Shown: in pieces, positions 56,129-64,000 of the stretch
Layout: each line of letters begins with the position of its first letter
Position numbering within the stretch: position 1 is the first letter of the stretch
Source: a virus
DNA length: 64,000 nt
Virus record (IMG/VR): IMGVR_UViG_3300014026_000114
Reading direction: 5' to 3' (one strand)
Program-made: the position numbers and the translations under genes
Notes under the pieces: generated by a model
Database searches by the model: none
What the model was told of the DNA's origin: nothing
The model's input: only the letters and a program-made list of their open reading frames with translations

Positions 56129-57574
56129 ATGGCAGACAATATTTTTGAAGATTTTTTGAAAGAAAACCAAATTAGCTCGGCTTCTGAAAAGCTCGGCATT
56201 AACCTTGAAATCGCTCAAAAAGTAAAAGAATCAACAGTTAACCAAACAAAAGCAGGTTATGATCGCCTTGATGAAGACGGGCTTTTAGTTGTCCAAGATT
56301 GGGTTGAAGATTGGGTGCGTCAAGCATCTAAAAACAAAATGCACATCTTCCAAAACCCTAAAGATCTCAATAATCGAAACGCAATCAAGCAGTTCATTAC
56401 GCAGGGTATTGCGCAGTATAAAGAAGTCACGGGCGAATTTATTACACATGAGCACGAACAGGAAATTGATGATCGCGTCTGGGATGAGCTTGTCGGTTTT
56501 GGACCACTAGAGCCGCTCCTTTCTGACGAGTCTGTGACAGAAATCATGGTGCTAAACGCCCGCAAGACATATATCGAAAAAAGCGGCGATTTGATGCTTT
56601 CTGATATTCGCTTTAAGGACTACGACCACATCAAGCGCATCCTAGATCGCATTATTGCGCCAATTGGACGCAAAGTTGACGAACAAACGCCAACCGTTGA
56701 TGCTCGACTTCCACAAGGTTTCCGTCTGAATGCAGTTATTGCTCCTATTGCGCTCAATGGCGACTTGTATATTACGATTCGTAAGTTCCCATCTATCGTT
56801 TGGACACCAGAAGATTTGATTCGCTTTGGTTCAGCACCAAAAGAGATTTTTGACTTCCTTGAACTCTGTGTTAAAGCAAAAAAGAACATCATTGTTTCAG
56901 GCGGTACGGGTTCAGGTAAAACAACGCTTCTGAACGTTCTTTCCAACTGTATTCCAAAGAATGAGCGCATTATCACCATTGAAGACTCTGCCGAACTTAA
57001 ACTTGTCGGCGATCACATTCTGTCCGAAGAAGCGCGCAAACCGAACGCAGAGGGCAAAGGTGAGGTCAGCATCCGTGATCTCGTCAAAGTTGCCCTTCGT
57101 CAGCGCCCTGACCGCATTGTTGTCGGTGAGTGTCGCGGCGGTGAAGCTCTTGATATGTTACAGGCGATGAACACTGGTCACGATGGCTCTCTTACGACTC
57201 TTCACGCAAACAGCCCACGAGATGCTATTTCGCGTCTTGAATATATGTGTATGATTGCAGGCGATATGCCACTTGCCGCTATCAAACCGCAAATTGCGTC
57301 TGCTGTTGGACTTATTGTTCAGATTGGTCGTGTTCGCATTAAAGGCAAAAAGTGTCGCAGAACTTTGGCGATTTATGAGGTTATTGGTGACTTTGATGAC
57401 ACAGGCGATTACATTTTGAAGCCAATTTATGACTCCAAATACAAAGGCTCTAACAAGCACGATATTTGCCCGACGGGATATAAGCCTGACTTTCTTGATG
57501 AGTTGGTTGAAGACTTCGGGTTTGATGAAAACATTTTGACGAAGCCTGATGTTTATAAAGAGCCTGAACCTTGA
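56129..57574 (+). CDS. cpaF: CpaF/TadA pilus assembly ATPase
   Basis: GFGPLEPLL.D.SVTEIMV, SGGTGSGKTT, IEDSAEL, LRQRPDRIVVGECRG, MNTGHDGS.TTLHAN. Confidence 0.95.
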   Translation: MADNIFEDFLKENQISSASEKLGINLEIAQKVKESTVNQTKAGYDRLDEDGLLVVQDWVEDWVRQASKNKMHIFQNPKDLNNRNAIKQFITQGIAQYKEVTGEFITHEHEQEIDDRVWDELVGFGPLEPLLSDESVTEIMVLNARKTYIEKSGDLMLSDIRFKDYDHIKRILDRIIAPIGRKVDEQTPTVDARLPQGFRLNAVIAPIALNGDLYITIRKFPSIVWTPEDLIRFGSAPKEIFDFLELCVKAKKNIIVSGGTGSGKTTLLNVLSNCIPKNERIITIEDSAELKLVGDHILSEEARKPNAEGKGEVSIRDLVKVALRQRPDRIVVGECRGGEALDMLQAMNTGHDGSLTTLHANSPRDAISRLEYMCMIAGDMPLAAIKPQIASAVGLIVQIGRVRIKGKKCRRTLAIYEVIGDFDDTGDYILKPIYDSKYKGSNKHDICPTGYKPDFLDELVEDFGFDENILTKPDVYKEPEP

Positions 57575-57577
57575 TAG

Positions 57578-57763
57578 AAAGCAGTTGGCGAAACTGCTAC
57601 CAACGGTAGCCTCGAAGAATTTGAGGCGGCCAAAAAAGCTCTGCTTGATGAAGCAGAGTGGTGGGAAAACTCGAGCGGTGTTGGCGATGAAACCTACCTC
57701 CACACGGCTGTTGGCCATGTGCAGAGGGCAGAAAAGGTTTTCGCCGCACGTAATCTCACCTAA
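57578..57763 (+). pseudogene. Start-less 61-codon protein-like frame after tadA
   Basis: KAVGETATNGSLEEFEAAKKALLDEAEWWENSSG...AARNLT*, in frame behind TGA TAG. Confidence 0.4.
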
Positions 57764-57897
57764 TCTAAGGGGGCTTATGCCCCCTCTTTTTCTTCGTTTT
57801 ATAAAAATTTTCAACGCTAACCAAACTTCGCGCAACGCTCTGATATAATCAATTAAGAAATAAAACAAAAAATCTTTTATACATTGGGGGTTACAGG

Positions 57898-58812
57898 ATG
57901 CTTGATTTTTCCGCATCAACCATTGGGTTTATGTTCGCTCTTTCGGTTGTTCTTATTGTTACTTGGAAATATTTCAGCAGTGAAAAGAAAAGAGAAAACT
58001 TCCTCTCTGATCGTATTCGCGATTTCCATGCCGAAGAGAACCTGAAAAAGAGCGCACGTCAAGAAAAAATAGAAAAGAAGATCTCAGATATTGGAAGTAA
58101 ATACACCTACCAAAGTCTGATGCAAAAATCCATCATGATTATGCTTGGAAGTCTAGTCTTAGGTTATGCGCTTGATATTCTTCCGCTCTCGCTTCTTTTT
58201 GTTGGAGCAGGATATAAGTTCCCTGAACTTATGCTTACTTTTGAAAAAGACAGAATGGATAAGGAGTTTGAAAAACAGCTTCCCGATAGCATCGAGCAGT
58301 TGCTTGCAATTATCCGTTCAGGACTTACGCCGCTTCAGGGCTATCAAGTGCTTTCAGAAGAGGCATCCTTCCCAACGAATCATGAGTTCGCTCGGATTCA
58401 TAACGATATCCAAACAGGCGCTAGTCAGGAAAAAGCGCTCACAGACTTCTATGAGCGGCATCCAATCAACGATATTAAGCTCTTTATGACGGGTATGATT
58501 ATCGCCGCAGAGGCAACGCCACAGGTTGCTATTAACACGCTGATTACGATTTCTGATACGATCCGCACCCGCGCATCGCAGAAAAAGAGCGCAAAGTCGG
58601 CCATTATGCAGGGCAAATATGCAGCAATCATCCTCTCATTAGCGCCAGTTGTAGCACTTGCAGTTATGCTCACATTTATGCCAAACTACATTGGTCCATT
58701 CATTGACTCGTTCATGGGTAAAATCTTAATTGTTGTCGCGCTTATCCTTGATGGTGTTGGCTACATGATTGCATCCAAGATCACTGCATCCTCTAGCATC
58801 GTTAAATACTAA
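57898..58812 (+). CDS. tadB: TadB-like pilus platform protein
   Basis: FEKQLPDSI...IRSG, EF.RI..DIQTG, position after tadA. Confidence 0.82.
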   Translation: MLDFSASTIGFMFALSVVLIVTWKYFSSEKKRENFLSDRIRDFHAEENLKKSARQEKIEKKISDIGSKYTYQSLMQKSIMIMLGSLVLGYALDILPLSLLFVGAGYKFPELMLTFEKDRMDKEFEKQLPDSIEQLLAIIRSGLTPLQGYQVLSEEASFPTNHEFARIHNDIQTGASQEKALTDFYERHPINDIKLFMTGMIIAAEATPQVAINTLITISDTIRTRASQKKSAKSAIMQGKYAAIILSLAPVVALAVMLTFMPNYIGPFIDSFMGKILIVVALILDGVGYMIASKITASSSIVKY

Positions 58813-58831
58813 TCAGAAAGGGGTAAAATCA

Positions 58832-59731
58832 GTGGATATTTATTCGCTCAACTTATTGATTATCGCTGCATTTGCTGTTGGCGTATTTCTGATATGGGTA
58901 GCCTTTTATCCGACCAACCTGAACTTCCTCATGGAACGTATTGATACAGGTTCAGGATATACAGCAGAAAACGTGATGGAAGATACGAGATACGCGCTTT
59001 TAAAAGCGCTTCTCCCTCTTTCACAAAAACTATCTGCAAAGAACGCTAATAAAGTAAAGAAAGAAGTTCTTGCAGATTTGGACAAGAAACTAACACTTGC
59101 AGGCGATCCGCTCAACATTAAACCGATTGAACTTTACAATATGCGCTTTGTTGGTTTCATTGTGTTCGCAGTAATCGGAGCAGTCTTCGGTATTGTTCTT
59201 GACTGGGGACCAGCACTCGCTCCTGTTGCAGGTGTGATTGGCTTTGTTCTTCCGATACAAACAATCAATGGGATCATCAAATCACGTGCGCAACAGTGTG
59301 ATGGTCAGATGCCTGACATCCTTGATTTGATTGCTGTTTGTATGCAATCTGGTATGACACTTCCTAAATCAATGGAAATTGTCTGTGATAAAAACAAAGG
59401 TGTCGTTGTTGATGAGCTTAAAATTGTGCTTTCTGACACCAACAGAGGCGCAAGCTTAACGCAAGCGTTCGTCTCAATGGGTAATCGTCTGCAAAGCAAG
59501 CGCTTGAAAAAGATGATTCAATCTGTTAAACTTTCAGAGCGACTTGGCACACCAATCGCGAATCAACTCAAAATCCTTTCTGAAACGATTCGTCAAGACA
59601 CGTTTGAGCAGGTCAAGCAAGCAGCCGCTAAAGCAGCTACATTCGTTCTGTTCCCAGTATTGTTCTTCATTCTCCCAGCACTTGCAATTATCGTTGCGGG
59701 ACCTGTCGCAATCAGCATTATGAACCAGTAA
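58832..59731 (+). CDS. tadC: TadC-like pilus platform protein
   Basis: MPDILDLIAVCMQSG, SERLGTPIANQL, AAKAA...FPVLFFILPA. Confidence 0.85.
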   Translation: MDIYSLNLLIIAAFAVGVFLIWVAFYPTNLNFLMERIDTGSGYTAENVMEDTRYALLKALLPLSQKLSAKNANKVKKEVLADLDKKLTLAGDPLNIKPIELYNMRFVGFIVFAVIGAVFGIVLDWGPALAPVAGVIGFVLPIQTINGIIKSRAQQCDGQMPDILDLIAVCMQSGMTLPKSMEIVCDKNKGVVVDELKIVLSDTNRGASLTQAFVSMGNRLQSKRLKKMIQSVKLSERLGTPIANQLKILSETIRQDTFEQVKQAAAKAATFVLFPVLFFILPALAIIVAGPVAISIMNQ

Positions 59732-59946
59732 ACAACGAACAATAAACACTACAAAAACAAATTCCTCTTCTTGTTGCTTCATAACAAGAGGAGGAATATT
59801 AAATTGCTAAAAAGAGGAAAAACAAATTAAACTTGCATTTACTTCCAGTTTCTTTTGTTTGATCCCTTTTGATAGAATAAATTCAGATCGTAGAACGACG
59901 CACACCGGAAAGGAATGTGCGGACAGTAAACAAGGAGGAATATTTA

Positions 59947-60204
59947 ATGTTTCAATCGTTAGCCATTCGCACAGTCTCCAAGCTGGCATGTGCAAAAACA
60001 AGTGTGAAGTCTCTTGCAAATAAAGCCAATGAACATGTTGCAAGCGACAAGAAAGCTCAAGGTATTCTTGAGTATGGTCTTCTGTTCGTTGTTGTTGGGC
60101 TTGCACTTATTATGGGTCTGCGAAAACTGAAAGAGGCACTTAGCTCTAAACTTGACGATGCCACAAAAACAATTAACGACACCAAAGTAGAGGGCGCTGG
60201 TTGA
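59947..60204 (+). CDS. flp: Flp family type IVb pilin
   Basis: KKA|QGILEYGLL (E+5, Y+6) followed by a hydrophobic helix; AAGGAGG RBS. Confidence 0.85.
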   Translation: MFQSLAIRTVSKLACAKTSVKSLANKANEHVASDKKAQGILEYGLLFVVVGLALIMGLRKLKEALSSKLDDATKTINDTKVEGAG

Positions 60205-60281
60205 TAACACTAATAACATGTTGCTTTAAGAAAAATAAAACAGGTATCAATTCACGATACCTGTTTTATTTTTTTTCTTTT

Positions 60282-61052
60282 TCAAAACATCCGATTTTGA
60301 TTTCGATACATTTCCTCTTGGTAATTCGTCAGCATATTTTGGTTGCCTGTGCGCATGATTTCTTCGCGACGTTTTACAACATCTTCGTTGTCATGTGTAA
60401 TCGACCAGCGTTGTGCTACTACGCGGAAATATGCAAGCGGGAATCCGAAGGTTAATATCAAGAACATCATTGGCAAGTAACCTGAGAGCGTACCACTTGC
60501 AGCGGCGGGAAGCGCAACACCAAGTGAACGACTCCATTCAGAAACAGGCGTTCCAATTACAAAACCAATCATGACTTTTATCAGAATCAAGATCAAGCAA
60601 TATCCAAGGGAATAATTTTGAATCTTGTTTGCCATTTCCTCTCTGTCGCCTTTAAGCATCTTTACGGAAAGTGCTCCGACTATCCACATAAGCGTAATCA
60701 TGTAGAGAACCACTTTGGTCGCAAAGAAGAAACAAGCAAGCGTTGAAATGATAATCCCAAGATAAAGCGCCATCAGTTTGACTCGTTCTTGGCTTAATGT
60801 CGCCATGACTATATCATCAGCGAGTCCCCCAAACTGCTCAGGAGCAGGACCATATGGATAGTGCTCCATTGTGCGCCGCATTGGACGCAGTGTTTCTCGT
60901 TCTAGGATTGCGTTTTTCGCATTGAATACATACATCATTGCGAACAGAAGCGCAACAAATGCGATGTTTGTGATAACGAAATGAAGAAGAGAAATGAAAG
61001 CATTTTGGTGAATCACGTAGATTAAATAAACAATGTCAGTTAGTGTGTCCAT
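60282..61052 (-). CDS. Polytopic membrane protein
   Basis: 5 TM segments; AGGAGG upstream. Confidence 0.6.
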   Translation of the reverse strand: MDTLTDIVYLIYVIHQNAFISLLHFVITNIAFVALLFAMMYVFNAKNAILERETLRPMRRTMEHYPYGPAPEQFGGLADDIVMATLSQERVKLMALYLGIIISTLACFFFATKVVLYMITLMWIVGALSVKMLKGDREEMANKIQNYSLGYCLILILIKVMIGFVIGTPVSEWSRSLGVALPAAASGTLSGYLPMMFLILTFGFPLAYFRVVAQRWSITHDNEDVVKRREEIMRTGNQNMLTNYQEEMYRNQNRMF

Positions 61053-61093
61053 AGAGATTTGGCACTGTCTGTGCCATCACCTCCTTTCTGTTG

Positions 61094-62659
61094 CTATCTC
61101 CTATTATACGTTTTGGCTTCTTCGTGAGGAAAGATTATGCTTGGCTTTGCTTTAACCTCTCTTAACGTATAAACGTCAATTTCATAACCAAGTTTAGCGA
61201 ACGCATCAACGCCGCCATACTCGCGCTTTAACTCGTTGACGACATCTTTAATGTGTTGTTGAATCTTGCTGTTTGGCACAATCACGGCAAAACTACGCTC
61301 TACATCAAGCACTTTTTTAAACTTATAGATGTAATCTTCTGTGCTGTAATTACCCTCTTCAACTTCAAGCCAGCGCTTTTTGCCGTCTTTGAATGCGATA
61401 ATGTCAGCAATCGCTTTCGTCCCAATCGTGTTTGTTTTTGCCGATTCTTCCGAATAGCATTCAAATCCATCCTTTTCGAATATTGCTTTAAGCATTTCAA
61501 TATCTTTGCCATGACGCGGCGATTTGTGCTCATCGATGAGAATCTGATATTTGGAAATCAACGGATCTATACTCTTCGTAATTGCGTACCAAATGACACC
61601 AACATTTGTTAAACAATAGTTCTTTGCGCTACGACCAAATCCGCTGGACACCATCTCTTCGGATTCTTCAAACTCTTTGACTAACCCCTTCTCAATTAAC
61701 GTCTTTATCGTTTTTGTCGCAATTTTGTTATAGAGTGCTCCTTTATCTCCCTCAAAGATTTTTTCTTTAAGACCATAACTGATGATGTCTTTAATGGTGT
61801 ATTCCCCACTCTGCCCCATAATGGTCAAAACTTCGCGACCTAACGGCAAGGATTTGTCTAAGAAGGCGTTAATTTGACGTGCGGTCAAGAGCATATTGTT
61901 CCGCCTTTCTTTCGTTGTCTTTGGCCATGTCTTTTTAAAGAAGTCATGTGTTTTTTCCGCTTCTTCTTTTTGCTCAGGAACCTTTGGCGTCCAGTCAGAA
62001 GCTTTTTTTGTTTCTGATTGCAGTTTTGGTGTTGGTGTTGGTGTTGATGGTTTGTCCTTGCTTGCGTTATCGGATTTTTGTTTGTCTACATCTTTAAGTC
62101 CGAAACCAGCGCCTTTTAGTTTTCCTCCCCCGATTAAGCTTGCCATTCTATTCCCAAGATTTTCCTCTTTTTCTTTTACTTTTTCTACTTTTTTGCCAAG
62201 CGCAGGATCCGTTGTGCCAACTCCAACAGAGTTCGCAATAGTTTCTGCATTTTCTTTTTTAACGCGCTCTGTTTCGAGTTCTTTAGTGAGTTTTCTAAGC
62301 TCTGTTTCAAGCGTTTCTATCTTTGCTTTATCTTCTTCCCTACGCATCTCCATAACATCGCGGATATAGAGCTTGCTCAGGTTGAGTTCTTTATTGAAAA
62401 ACGAAATTTTATCATCAAGCGACATTGCTTTCTTTTTTGCTTCATCGTAGTTTTCCCATGCGCCGCCGATGTTGTTAATAAAAATTTCGTTAAATGCTTT
62501 TTTATATGTGTCTCGTTCTTCGCGCGTTTCTTCAAGTTTCACACTAAGATCCTCGTTAGTTGCACGAAGGACTTTAATGCTGCCTAAAAGTTTTTCGTTT
62601 TGCTCACGGAGGACGTTAAATTGTCTCCGAAGCTCCATCATCTCTACATCTATTGCCAT
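61094..62659 (-). CDS. Coiled-coil protein with C-terminal wHTH and PD-(D/E)xK-like domain (replication-relaxation-like)
   Basis: YCLTNVG, H.S.RH, IADIIA....WLEVEEG. Confidence 0.5.
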   Translation of the reverse strand: MAIDVEMMELRRQFNVLREQNEKLLGSIKVLRATNEDLSVKLEETREERDTYKKAFNEIFINNIGGAWENYDEAKKKAMSLDDKISFFNKELNLSKLYIRDVMEMRREEDKAKIETLETELRKLTKELETERVKKENAETIANSVGVGTTDPALGKKVEKVKEKEENLGNRMASLIGGGKLKGAGFGLKDVDKQKSDNASKDKPSTPTPTPKLQSETKKASDWTPKVPEQKEEAEKTHDFFKKTWPKTTKERRNNMLLTARQINAFLDKSLPLGREVLTIMGQSGEYTIKDIISYGLKEKIFEGDKGALYNKIATKTIKTLIEKGLVKEFEESEEMVSSGFGRSAKNYCLTNVGVIWYAITKSIDPLISKYQILIDEHKSPRHGKDIEMLKAIFEKDGFECYSEESAKTNTIGTKAIADIIAFKDGKKRWLEVEEGNYSTEDYIYKFKKVLDVERSFAVIVPNSKIQQHIKDVVNELKREYGGVDAFAKLGYEIDVYTLREVKAKPSIIFPHEEAKTYNRR

Positions 62660-62796
62660 AATAAAGCTCGTCCAATTAACGGACGAACCCCCTTTCCTTG
62701 CGTAATTGTCTTATTCAAATTGTATCAGAGATTTTACGGTTGGTTGGATAGCAAAAACGAGCAGTCATTGTGACTGCTCGTTGGTTTTGTTTTTAG

Positions 62797-63588
62797 TTAA
62801 ACTCGTTCCTTCTCTGCTAAATACAGCTTCCTCATTCTTTCAAAGAATTCAATGGCGGCCAAATACTGCTCTCGAAACATTAAATCTTCTTGAAACATTG
62901 CTTCTTCCTCTTCACTGCATGGAGGATATATTTCATCGATTCGCGCTTTAAACTCCTCTAAAGTGCCGCCTTTTCCTTTATTCCAACAACCACATTGAAC
63001 GATGTTTCTTCCTGCGAAAAATGTAGTAAGACAATATCTGCTTCCGATAGGTCCAATACTATATACGGGTTCCAACATATCTATTCTAGTTAGGTTACAA
63101 TTATGGAATTCAATCCCGCAGGTATCAGAATGACTATCAAAATAAATACCGTCTAAACAACAATTAGAGAATTTAGAACCATTTAGATCTACATTTTCGA
63201 AATGATTACTATCTAAACAACAAGCATAAAATTTAGAACCGTTTAAGTTCGTATTTTCAAAACTTGCTATCCTCAAGTTCGTGTATGAAAACTCGCAATT
63301 TTGAAAAGAACATCCCTTAAATATAGCAATCGACATATCGCAGTAGCTCAATACTACATTTTGAAATGTGCAATCTCTAAATGTCGCGAGACGTAAATTT
63401 GCGTCCATAATTGATTCTTTGAATACGACTTTAGAAAACTTGATTCTCTTTAAATCAAGATGGTCTAAATTTATGTTTTCTAAATTTACGTTTTCAAATA
63501 AGGCTTGTTCGCCATCATCATCCGCTTTTAGCCATTTTTGATGTTTCTCACAGATCTCATTGAACTCTTCTTGCGTCATTTTTTTCAT
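62797..63588 (-). CDS. Pentapeptide repeat protein
   Basis: HQKWL start; A(N/D)L/xxF pentapeptide runs; IGPIGSR...CGCW C-terminal domain. Confidence 0.85.
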   Translation of the reverse strand: MKKMTQEEFNEICEKHQKWLKADDDGEQALFENVNLENINLDHLDLKRIKFSKVVFKESIMDANLRLATFRDCTFQNVVLSYCDMSIAIFKGCSFQNCEFSYTNLRIASFENTNLNGSKFYACCLDSNHFENVDLNGSKFSNCCLDGIYFDSHSDTCGIEFHNCNLTRIDMLEPVYSIGPIGSRYCLTTFFAGRNIVQCGCWNKGKGGTLEEFKARIDEIYPPCSEEEEAMFQEDLMFREQYLAAIEFFERMRKLYLAEKERV

Positions 63589-63604
63589 GCTTACTCTCCG
63601 TTTT

Positions 63605-63994
63605 TTAATTGATTTGGCAAGTCCAACTTATTTGCCCGTTAGCTTCATTTTCAACGACGATTACCGCATTGCGTATCGTAAATTTATCGCATATCTTCCT
63701 AAACCACTCTACAATTTCTCGCGGGTCATCGTGATCTCGCAAGTCTCCGAAAATACTTACGGTATAAGCCGCGACACTTCCTTTGTTCGGGTTCATCCAT
63801 ACGCTCTTCTCTAGCGATCCTTCTGAACCAAGCGGAAGATACTTTTCTGGATATTGATATGCGTCGTCCCATTTTGCAAAAGGATCTCCGAAATGAAGCT
63901 CCTTTCCGATAAGTTCGTCAAAGTCAGGGATCTTATCTTCAACTCGAAAATCGTCGATACGTATAATCCCTGCTACATGTGTCCAGTTACTCAT
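63605..63994 (-). CDS. Phage-type hypothetical protein
   Basis: MSNWTHVAG, LPLGSEGSL, IFGDLRD. Confidence 0.65.
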   Translation of the reverse strand: MSNWTHVAGIIRIDDFRVEDKIPDFDELIGKELHFGDPFAKWDDAYQYPEKYLPLGSEGSLEKSVWMNPNKGSVAAYTVSIFGDLRDHDDPREIVEWFRKICDKFTIRNAVIVVENEANGQISWTCQIN

Positions 63995-64000
63995 CCAGTT

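Noticed and set aside
62797..63588. Qnr/MfpA-type gyrase protection linked to the element's GyrB
   Set aside because: Termini match common phage-type pentapeptide proteins; no evidence for Qnr family

Overview
The window looks like part of a large, low-copy extrachromosomal element (megaplasmid or phage-plasmid-like) of a diderm Firmicute. Negativicutes such as Selenomonas are inferred from Firmicute-type genes plus a BamA/Omp85. It carries a Rep_3 initiator with 8 iterons, a second phage-type initiator with a DnaC-like loader, a TubR/TubZ-like partition pair and a Tad/Flp pilus locus. It also has its own copies of housekeeping functions (GyrB, PcrA/UvrD, DnaG, two SSB-like proteins, RpoD-like sigma, Hfq-like, BamA), many cell-wall enzymes, conflict genes (viperin-like radical SAM, tandem MazG, VapD, NADAR, HNH) and IS200/IS605 (TnpB) elements and remnants. 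The most striking signal is non-coding. A cas-less type I-C-like CRISPR mini-array (20535-20641, minus) sits directly upstream of the element's own pcrA. Its single spacer reads in frame as the PcrA/UvrD motif Ia peptide TNKAATEMKERI, but differs from the element's pcrA almost only at third codon positions, so it points at a different (host or competitor) pcrA. A second copy of the same promoter and leader drives a solitary I-C repeat (Racr-like) at 1486-1517. A roughly 440-nt promoter-driven structured RNA lies next to the mini-array. All assignments come from motif recognition by eye; no searches were run.
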